Part shown: piece after piece, positions 40,920 to 51,892 of the stretch | Position numbering within the stretch: position 1 is the stretch's first letter | Layout of the letters: the number at the start of each line of letters is the position of its first letter | From: Chrysomallon squamiferum | Lineage: Eukaryota; Animalia; Mollusca | Length of the DNA stretch: 64,000 bases | Assembly: GCA_012295275.1 (NCBI GenBank) | Contig: CM022677.1 | Coordinates: 3,906,001 to 3,970,000, forward strand | Direction of reading: 5' to 3' | Made by a program: the position numbers and the translations under genes | The notes under the pieces: model-generated | Database searches by the model: none | Told to the model about the DNA's origin: nothing | What the model saw: only the letters and a program-made list of their open reading frames with translations

Positions 40920-42255
40920 TTTTCTGCCAGCAGCTTAGTACTTTTCATCAATGTAATCAAGAAGCTTACCTAATCCAAAATCTGTGATCTTCACCTGATT
41001 TGGGGTTTGTACTGTACAAAGATAAAAACATAAAATAAATATAATGTCAATATTTTGTTCACAAATTCAGTGATTATTATTATTATTATTATTATTACCA
41101 TTATTACTATTATTATTACTGTTATAATTATTATTGTCGTTATTATTATTGTTGTTATTATTATTACTACTACTACTACTACTACCATTCTTATTATTTT
41201 ATTATTATTGCATAAAATTGTTATATGTACTGTTATTTGAAATCTTGAAAATGTATTTACTTACTTATTTATTTATTGTTTTGTAAAGCTACTAACAAAG
41301 ATTCTAATTAACCTTTAAAAGAAAATAAACGTATTTTTAAATAGAGGAAGAAAAAAGAAACTACTTTCTATTGGATCTAGAAAACTACACCAATTTAAAA
41401 AACAAAACAAAAAATAAACATCGGCAAACAAATGAAAAAACAAAAACAAAACAAAAACAAACAAACAAGAAAATGTGAAAACAAAACTTTATTAAAATAC
41501 TTAGTTGACAAAGAATTCTCACCAAGTTCATTTTTAGCAGCTAGATCTCTATGGACAATACCCCTTTCCTCTAAATAAATCATTCCCTGAAAACAACACA
41601 GTTTATATGTGTTGTGTGTGTGTGTGATTAAGCATGTGTGTGTATGTCTCTCTGTGTTTTGTGTATAAATATGTTGTGTGTATCTGTGTTGTGTGTGTGT
41701 TGTGTATTGTGTTTGTGTGTATTTTGTCTGTGTGCATCTATATGTTGTGTGTGTCTGTGTGTTTAATGTGTGTATCTGAGTGTTGTGTATTGTGTGTTTT
41801 GTGTATTGTGTGTGTGTGTGTGTGTATCTGTGTGTGTATGTGTGTGTGTCTGTGTGTTGTATATGTGTATCTGAGTGTTGTGTATTGTGTTTTTTGTGTA
41901 TTTGTGTCTGTCTCTGTGCATCTATATGTTGTGTGTATATCTGTGTGTTGTATGTGTGTATCTGAGTGTGTATTGTGTTTGTGTTTGTATTTGTGTGTGT
42001 CTTTGCATCTATATGTTGTGTGTATATCTGTGTGTATCTGAGTTGTGTATTGTGTTTGTGTGTATTTGTGTGTCTTTGCATCTATGTGCAGTGTGTGTGT
42101 GTGTGTGTGTATGTTGTGTCTATGTGTTGTGTGTGTGTGTGTGTTGTGTGTATGTGTGTGTCTGTCTTGTGTATCTGTGTGTTGTATGTGTGTATGTGTG
42201 TGTTGTGTGTATGTGTGTGTCTGTCTGTGTGTATATGTGTGTGTCTGTGTGTATA

Positions 42256-42342
<87 letters not shown>

Positions 42343-42655
42343 TGTGTGTGTATGGGTGTGTATATTTGACAACACTCACACTGGCTATCTGAGTACATCA
42401 GTTGAGGAGGACTTTAGATCCAATGAGGTCTTTGTTTTTTCTCACGAGAACACAGCCAAGTGACATCAGCTGAGTGATCAACATCATCTGTGCCGTCATG
42501 CACACTGCAAGGATTCTGACACAGCAAGGATGCTTCACTGACACCATCACCCATGCCTCCTCCAACAGCTCCTTGATCTGGTTAGGAGTCCCCTCCTTTA
42601 ACACTTTAATAGCTACTGGAATCTTGACATTTTCTCCTTCTGGTATCCAGTATCC
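40920..42655 (-). pseudogene. EGFR: EGFR/ErbB-family tyrosine kinase fragment, three unprocessed exons with nonsense lesions
   Basis: Exon 42655-42380 GYWIPEGENVKIPVAIKVLKEG..KELLEEA..LITQLMSLGCVLVRKNKDLIGSKVLLN*CTQIAS. Exon 41586-41523 GMIYLEERGIVHRDLAAKNEL. Exon 41011-40920 VQTPNQVKITDFGLGKLLDYIDEKY*AAGRK. GT-AG sites and phases are consistent. No flanking EGFR exons found. Confidence 0.9.
41600..42362. repeat. Compound (TG)-rich microsatellite in the EGFR-fragment intron
   Basis: ~760 bp of interrupted TG repeats. Confidence 0.95.
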
Positions 42656-42988
42656 CTGGTTAATAGTAACAATAGTAATAACAACAACAACAATAATAAA
42701 ACAGTAATGATAATAATAATAATGACAGTACATTCACCAGTGTGTCCAGTTCACCACTGATTTAACACTAACAGCAAACACACTGCAGCACTGAGTCAAT
42801 GAGAAGTTGTAAATGAGTTGAATTGTGACCACCACCCTGTTCTCACAAATTACTATAACTAGAAAACCTTCTCCACCAACTCAGTATTTACATCCAATTG
42901 AAATTTCACCAAAGCAGACTGGGAAGGATTCTACAAAGAATGGAAAAAATATTAGAATAAAAAAAACCCCAAAACCTAATGACTCACA

Positions 42989-43181
42989 CTGCACTTCACT
43001 TACAACATGATAGACTCAGCTGTCACTGAACACAAAACTAAAACCAAAAACTGCACTTCACTTACAACATGATAGACTCAGCTGTCACTGAACACAAAAC
43101 TAAAACCAAAAACTGCACTTCACTTACAACATGATAGACTCAGCTGTCACTGAACACAAAACTAAAACCAAAAACTGCACT
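42989..43181. repeat. 62-bp tandem repeat, 3 copies
   Basis: CTGCACTTCACTTACAACATGATAGACTCAGCTGTCACTGAACACAAAACTAAAACCAAAAA. Confidence 0.93.
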
Positions 43182-43968
43182 AACAAAATATCCACTGAGT
43201 GGTGAACTGAGCTTATTGGAAATAAATAAATACAGAAGACAATACAAAAAAATCTAAACAAAATCTAAACAAAAATCAAACAACACTTGAAAAATACAAA
43301 ACAGTCAAAAACATTAGTAATAATACTTGGTCTTTTTAATGCAACTTGGTAAACAGGAAAGATATCAACAGACTGGAAACTTGCATAAACCTTACAAATA
43401 CCATTCACTACCAATCAACTGCAGACCAGTTACACTAACATCACACATGTAAAACCCTTGACACACTGGTAAAACACACATCTGAACAAACACTTAAACA
43501 ATAACAATTTAACAAGTAAATAACAAAACACTACAACAGTTTACTAAATTCCATTCAGTAAATAAAAAATTAAAAAAGTAATTACAGTAGTCATAGATTT
43601 CTAAACAACCAAATACAAAGTAAATGACTGCCTTTAAACTGAGAGATAAAATTTTCACTTAGACATTATGGAAAAAGACTTTAAAATAAAAAGAAAGGTA
43701 ACAGGAAAATAACACTACAAATAGATAACCATTTAATAACAGAAGAAAAAATCCCATACAGAAGATAATCCCATACAGAAGATAATCACATACAGAAAAT
43801 AATCACATCTTGTAAAAACTTTTACCAAACATCACACTGCCTGACAGTCTCGTGTTAGAATAAAACGTACAACAAAATACAGACAAAAACTACACACACT
43901 AAAATACTGTGTTAAAATCCACTCTCAGTAACAAACATCTCATGAAGGATCTAGTCCCTGATCAACCC

Positions 43969-44732
43969 TTTAAAACTCACCTTTCACTACTATATAGTTT
44001 TAAAACTCACCTTTCACTACAATCTAGTTTTAAAACACACCTTTCACTACAATCTAGTTTTAAAACTCACCTTTCACTACAATCTAGTTTTAAAACTCAC
44101 CTTTCACTACTATATAGTTTTAAAACTCACCTTTCACTACTATATAGTTTTAAAACTCACCTTTCACTACTATCTAGTTTTAAAACTCACCTTTCACTAA
44201 AATCTAGTTTTAAAACTCACCTTTCACTACAATCTAGTTTTAAAACTCACCTTTCACTACAATCTAGTTTTAAAACTCACCTTTCACTAAAATCTAGTTT
44301 TAAAACTCACCTTTCACTACAATCTAGTTTTAAAACTCACCTTTCACTACAATCTAGTTTTAAAACTCACCTTTCACTACAATCTAGTTTTAAAACTCAC
44401 CTTTCACTACAATCTAGTTTTAAAACTCACCTTTCACTACAATCTAGTTTTAAAACTCACCTTTCACTACAATCTAGTTTTAAAACTCACCTTTCACTAC
44501 AATCTAGTTTTAAAACTCACCTTTCACTACAATCTAGTTTTAAAACACACCTTTCACTACAATCTAGTTTTAAAACTCACCTTTCACTACAATCTAGTTT
44601 TAAAACTCACCTTTCACTACAATCTAGTTTTAAAACTCAAACTATCTAGTTTTAAAACTCACCTTTCACTACAATCTAGTTTTAAAACTCACCTTTCACT
44701 ACAAGTCTAGTTTTAAAACACACCTTTCACTA
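43969..44732. repeat. 30-bp minisatellite, ~25 copies
   Basis: TAAAACTCACCTTTCACTACAATCTAGTTT; near-perfect. Confidence 0.97.
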
Positions 44733-44739
44733 AATTGAC

Positions 44740-44775
<36 letters not shown>

Positions 44776-44885
44776 GATTATTATTATTATTAGTAGTAGT
44801 AGTAGTAGTAGTATTATCTATATTTGTGCATTCTTAATATATTTCATATATTTAAAATGGTCTTTATTAAAAACTTAATATTTCT

Positions 44886-46240
44886 TTAACAAATACTAAC
44901 TATTAACAAATACTAACCATTAATCAAATACTATTAACAAATACTAACTATTAACAAATACTAACATTTAACATACTATTAACAAAATACTAACCATTTA
45001 ACAAAACTAACATTTAACAAATTAACCATTAACAAATACTAACATTTAACAAAATACTAACATTTAACAAATACTAACCATTAACAAATACAAATACTAA
45101 CATTTAACAAATACTAACCATACTAACCATTAACAAATACTAACCATTAACAAATACTATTAACCATTTAACAAAAATTAACAAACTAACCATTAACAAA
45201 TATATTAACATTTAACAAAATACTAACCATTAACCAAATACTAACATTTAACAAAATAACCATTAACAAAAACTAAATTAACCAAATACTAACATTTAAC
45301 AAATACTAACCATTAACAAATACTAACATTTAACAAATACTATTAACAAATACTAACCATTAACCAAATACTAACATTTAACAAATATTAACCATTAACA
45401 AAATACTAACCATTAACCAAATACTAACATTTAACAAATACTAACCATTAACCAAATACTAACATTTAACAAATACTAACCATTATTAACAAATACTAAC
45501 CATTAACCAAATACTAACATTTAACAAATACTAACATTTAACAAATACTAACAATTTAACAAATAACAACCATTTAACCATTAACAAATACTTTAACAAA
45601 TACTAACATTTAACACTATTAAATACTAACATTTAACAAATACTAACCATTAACCAAATACTAACATTTAACAAAAATTAACAAATATTAACATTTAACA
45701 AATACTAACCATTAACCAAATACTAACATTTAACAAATACTAACCATTAACCAAATACTAACATTTAACAAATACTATTAACAAATACTAACATTTAACA
45801 AATACTAACATTTAACAAATACTAACCATTAACCAAATACTAACATTTAACAAATACTAACCATTAACAAAATACTAACCATTAACCCAAATACATTTAA
45901 CATTTAACAAATACTAACCATTTAACAAATACTAACATTTTAATACTAACATTTAACAAATATTAAATACTAATTAACCATTAACCAAATACTAACATTT
46001 AACAAATACTAACCATTAACCAAATACTAACATTTAACAAATACTATTAATAAATACTAACCATTAACCAAATACTAACATTTAACAAATACTAACATTT
46101 AACAAATACTAACATTTAACAAATACTAACATTTTAACAAAATACTAACATTTAACAAATTTAACAACTAACATTTAACAAATACTAACATTTAACAAAT
46201 ACTAACATTTAACAAATACTAACATTTAACAAATACTAAC
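44886..46240. repeat. ~17-bp AT-rich satellite with no G on the + strand
   Basis: TAACAAATACTAAC(ATT/CAT) iterated for ~1.35 kb. Confidence 0.95.
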
Positions 46241-47490
46241 TCTCACTAACATCCCCTACGTGTACTGAACCTCACCGTGGTGTAGGGTGGCAACATTTCC
46301 AAAGGGAATGGCTAATTAGTACATTAATATAATAACATTTAATTGGTTAGATAGATAGACAGATAGATTGATTATGATAAATAGATATACCTACATAGAT
46401 AGTTACTGAAGATAGATGAACAGATGGATACATAGGGTATTGCTACTTTTTCTAATTTCAAATAGTATCATTAATTTGAAAGCCCTTTCTATTTACAGAC
46501 AGACAGACAGACAGGCCAACAGAGATTAGACAGAAGTGAGTACTCAAGAATAAGTTATGAGATATACACATTTCCCTCTGGCTTTCTTACTCTATCTCTC
46601 ACAGAAAATATTATAGACACTTCTTATCCTAATTACAAAATTTTAAATATATTTACACAATGATTACCCCCAAGAAAACCTGGATTTTCCCCAGATATAA
46701 ATAATATAAAAAAGGAAAGATAAAATAATTTTTTCGTTTGGCTTTTGGTTTTTTAAATTATTTTGGTGAATTTATATATATATATATATATTTTTTTAAT
46801 TTAGAAAAATTCCAATTACTCCTAATTACATAATCTTCAATTACATTTAAATTAATTACCCCCAACAAATTCTTGATTTCCCTTGATCTAAATAATATTA
46901 AAAAAAAATGGTAAAAGAATACATATAATATATACATAATTCTAATTACCCCTAATTACATAATTTTAGATATATTTTCACAATTATAAACCCCAACAAA
47001 GCCTTGATTTCCCCTGATTTAGATAATGTAAAAAAAAAAAGAAGAAAAAAATAAAATAAATATTTTTTTGGTTTGGATTTTGGGTTCTTTAAATTTTTTG
47101 TGAGTTTTTAAAAAAATTATATAAAAATTCTAATTACCCCTAATTACATAATTTTAAATATATTTACATTGATTACCCCAACAAACACTTCATTTTCCCC
47201 TGATTTAAATAATATAAAAATTAGATGATTAAAAAAACACCTCTATGCACTATCACATTATTAGAATAACCATGCACACAACAATGATAAAAACAGTGTA
47301 TACTCTTATTTTAATCATCAGTGGACTGATCATTCTGAAGATGTATATCACTCAACTCTCCTCATCTTTTCATTATTTGTTTTTTATTATGTTATGAAGA
47401 CAAATCTTATGGTAATTTGCATTCTTCACTTTATTAACATGAAAGTTGCAAAAAAACAAATCATTAATTTATCAGAGAAGCAGAATGTTG

Positions 47491-47814
47491 CAGGGTGGTA
47501 CATCCTGATCCACCCAACATCTATGTCAGAACTATTTCACTTCTGCATCTTGTCTAGAAAGAGCAAGTCTCGCAGGGTGGTACATCCTGATCCACCCAAC
47601 ATCTATGTCAGAACTATTTCACTTCTGCATCTTGTCTAGAAAGAGCAAGTCTCACAGGGTGGTACATCCTGATCCACCCAACATCTATGTCAGAACTATT
47701 TCACTTCTGCATCTTGTCTAGAAAGAGCAAGTCTCACAGGGTGGTACATCCTGATCCACCCAACATCTATGTCAGAACTATTTCACTTCTGCATCTTGTC
47801 TAGAAAGAGCAAGT
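47491..47814. repeat. 82-bp tandem repeat, ~4 copies
   Basis: CAGGGTGGTACATCCTGATCCACCCAACATCTATG... at 47491, 47573, 47655, 47737. Confidence 0.95.
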
Positions 47815-48108
47815 TTAGGAATGAAGGATAGCATTACAACTAATTATTCTATATACTGGATAAGCACAACTAACACTAATTATAAATTATTTTATGCCAG
47901 TTAAAAACAAATAAAATACATTAAAGTAAATTTTAAAAAATGGAATAAAATGATAAAGGCGGAAAGACAAAACAAAATATGTTACTGATTAGTGAAAACA
48001 TCATAGTACACATACTATATCCTTTTCTAGCTATCCAGTATTTATAAAAAAATAAACTCCATTTACTAAATATTCACCATTTACATGATGAAATAAACAC
48101 TAAGTGTT

Positions 48109-48199
<91 letters not shown>

Positions 48200-48950
48200 T
48201 CCCCTTCTCTCTCTTTCTTACCTAAGAAATATATTTAATCTTAGCTTACATAGAAAGTATAAAACATTTCACTGAAATATGGAATTCCACTGTCAACATA
48301 GAATGGTCCAAACACTTTGTCATCTCCAGTTTTGTTTATTTCTGGACTTTTGTCTGGTATCATCAGTATTTCTATAAAGATAAAAAAATAAAAAATAAAA
48401 AAGATACCATTACATATGATTTACTTTTTCTTTTTTTCTTTTTTTTAAATATGCACATTTACTTTTTGATAAATATCTCTTAAATTAATACTTATTTTTG
48501 AAAATAAAAAAATAAAAAAATATATATAAAAAAGAATTTTATAAATATCTTCATCACCAATCTTTCGTAATAATAAAGCATAAACCAAAAACAGCTCTAA
48601 GACTGTTATCTTCCTATCTTTCTCTACACGCTCTTACGTTTACACATTCAGTATAAACCTTAAATTATGGATTAACAAAAATCAATTTATTCACATAATT
48701 TAAAAAAAAACTATTTTGGCAATGAACCACGGAAACAGGACAACATATTTCAATAGGTGAATCAAAAATTGCAAATAAAAACCTACCAACACACTGACTT
48801 CCACGTTTAACATGGGTTGTAGAGTTACATTGACAGGTAAAACCCCCATCTGTGTTAGAACACACCCAGCCAGGCTTACCCCCTCCACAAACAGATGGGT
48901 CAGAGCATTCACTGATATCTGTAAAACAAGAAAATATTTTGTATATCAGT

Positions 48951-48981
<31 letters not shown>

Positions 48982-50531
48982 TATTTATTTACTTAAATTA
49001 ATAATTAAGTATATGGCAAATGAATGAGAAAAAAAACAGGTGTTTGCAGGTGTCATTCGTAGAATAAATGCCATATATTTGGTTATTCATTTAAATAAAT
49101 GTACAAATAAATAAATAAATAAATGAAGTGAAATGAAATGTTAGTATTTAGGTTTGTCACCAAATAAAGGTGAATTTGTATATTCATTCATTCATTCGTT
49201 AATTTATTCATTTATTCATTTGTCTTTTACCTTGGTTACAGTCTGCTCCTGTCCAGCCCTGTTTACACAAACACTTATAGGACCCAGCTACATTCTGACA
49301 AAACCCGTTGGGACAAGTTCCATTTAAAGAGCATTCATCAACATCTGAAAAAAAACCCAATTTTATATTCAAATTACTGAAATGAAATAAGAAACCAAAA
49401 CCCACATATTCATGCTTATTTACATAAAAAAAAAAAAAAAAAAAGAACCATTAACACAAATATAATTTACATTTCAAAATAATATTTGCATAGGTAATAA
49501 TAAAATGAATAAATATGATATATTTTACAAATAATTATCTGTTAATAATTTATAATACACAAATGAAATAAATTTGGCAGTTAACAAATTTATGAATTTA
49601 ATAAATTTAAATTTGATAAATTTGTATACATTCTACAATTAATAATAAAAATAAAGATGAATGTAACACATTTTTACACATAATAATATGAATAAATATA
49701 ATATTTACATTTTGCAGTCAATATTGAAGTCTTAATAAAATGTAAAAATATCTTATTCATTTTACAGATAATAATAATTCATTACATAACTATAATCTTA
49801 TAGCTGAGAACAAAAATGTATAAATAATAACAGGACTATGACAAGAAAAAAAATAATTGTAATTTCAAAAAGGTTAAAATAAAATACAATTAACTGTTTG
49901 TATAAATTTCAAAATATAAACTTTTAAGTTTAAATACAAAATTTAAACCAAACTATAAAGAAATAAAAATTATCTGTGGATCAAAATAATAATTAACTGA
50001 GGAGTTCAAAGAGATAAAATTTCTAAATAAAATGCTAATAAACCAGACTGAAAGAAAACAAAATAAAGATAAATGAACAAAAATACTTTAATCAAATATT
50101 TATTTTTAATTTATATATATGTATCTTTCTGTCTATCTGTCAGTTTTATTTTATTTTATTTTATTTTATTTTATTTTATTGATTTATTTTGCTATCTGTT
50201 ACTAAAATATAATTTTAAAAACATTTAAAATAAATATATATTTCATTAATGCAATAGTCAATATTAAATATTCTTTTTTCAATTACATAAACATACCTTC
50301 AGTACAGTTTACACCAGTCCATTGTTCAGTGCAGTTGCACCTGTAATTTCCAATACCATCTATGCAACTTCCATTGTTCTTGCATGGATTTTCTTTGCAA
50401 TCATCAATAGCTGAAACATTTGGGAAAACAAAATTACAGTATAAAAGTATTTTTGAAAAAATATAAATACATAATGAAGAATAAACAGAACTAAATGAAT
50501 ATTCAGACAATTATGAGACAAATGAATGTTT

Positions 50532-51170
50532 GGCTGGTAAAGTCTGCAGCTGGACAGGATCTGGTATTTCCAACTTGTTGCCTGGTGAAGTCTGCAGCTG
50601 GACAGGATCTGGTATTTCCAACTTGTTGCCTGGTGAAGTCTGCAGCTGGACAGGATCTGGTATTTCCAACTTGTTGCCTGGTGAAGTCTGCAGCTGGACA
50701 GGATCTGGTATTTCCAACTTGTTGCCTGGTGAAGTCTGCAGCTGGACAGGATCTGGTATTTCCAACTTGTTGCCTGGTGAAGTCTGCAGCTGGACAGGAT
50801 CTGGTATTTCCAACTTGTTGCCTTGGTGAAGTCTGCAGCTGGACAGGATCTGGTATTTCCAACTTGTTGCCTGGTGAAGTCTGCAGCTGGACAGGATCTG
50901 GATTTCCAACTTGTTGCCTGGTGAAGTCTGCAGCTGGACAGGATCTGGTATTTCCAACTTGTTGCCTGGTGAAGTCTGCAGCTGGACAGGATCTGGTATT
51001 TCCAACTTGTTGCCTGGTGAAGTCTGCAGCTGGACAGGATCTGGTATTTCCAACTTGTTGCCTGGTGAAGTCTGCAGCTGGACAGGATCTGGTATTTCCA
51101 ACTTGTTGCCTGGTGAAGTCTGCAGCTGGACAGGATCTGGTATTTCCAACTTGTTGCCTGGTGAAGACTT
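50532..51170. repeat. 48-bp minisatellite, ~13 copies
   Basis: CTGGTGAAGTCTGCAGCTGGACAGGATCTGGTATTTCCAACTTGTTGC. Confidence 0.97.
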
Positions 51171-51892
51171 CACCCCAAGCAGCCATGATGGATACCAGTC
51201 ACTGAATTCGTAAAAGCAGCAATTTCTACCATTCGTCATGAAGTGTGTCATGTTCCAATAGGTCTAGTGGTTGTCAGGGCAACCTCAGATGTTGCTGTTT
51301 GTGATGTTGATGAGGGTAGAGGACGTCTGAGTGGTCTCTGAGCTCTTGTTTTCCCACAGCACGGAGCTCTTCAATGAAGAAAGTCACTGTTCTGTGTTGT
51401 GTATCAGATACTTATCAGTGCTGTTGTGCAAGGCTAGGTCTTCAAGGACATCACTATGCTTTGGTCATCCAGTTCTTGCCCTGTCCTTGAATCAAACAAC
51501 CAATGACAGTTTGGTTAAAGCTCAGATCTCTGCCATCCTCTCTACATGATGTTTCAGTAAAATGTATACGCCAGTAATCAGCCATTTTCATTATTTCAAG
51601 CAGTCTTCAACCTGCCACAGTTTTCACAAACAAGAAGGACCATTCAGATCACCTGTGTTAACATGTAATGGAATAAAACTCAAACTGCAAATCCATGTAT
51701 GACACTTCTGTGTCTGTCTGTCAGTGTGTTGCGTAGATCTCATTTACATTATGTGATAGAATGAACATGTTTTCCATATATGCAAATAACAACAACATAG
51801 AATTAAGAACTATGCTAACAGGCTCTATTTTGAAGAAAAAAAACTGTTATTCAGTATTGATTTGGGTGGCACTTAAATTTTGCACAGGTGTA
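51170..51892 (-). mobile_element. Decayed Tc1/mariner-like transposon in an EGF-gene intron
   Basis: Minus strand begins TA|CACCTGTGCAAAATTTAAGTGCCACC (Tc1-type terminus). FKDRARTG*PK resembles the GRPR motif; VSIMAAWG resembles SVMVWG. The second TIR was not found. Confidence 0.5.

Noticed and set aside
41395-42463. Long His/Thr-rich and Cys/Val-rich ORFs
   Set aside because: Products of the (TG)n intron; only the short HRDLAA segment is real coding-derived sequence.
43909-44649. 246-aa SSFKTHLSLQ repeat protein
   Set aside because: Stop-free frame of a 30-bp minisatellite with a non-ATG start and no supporting gene structure.
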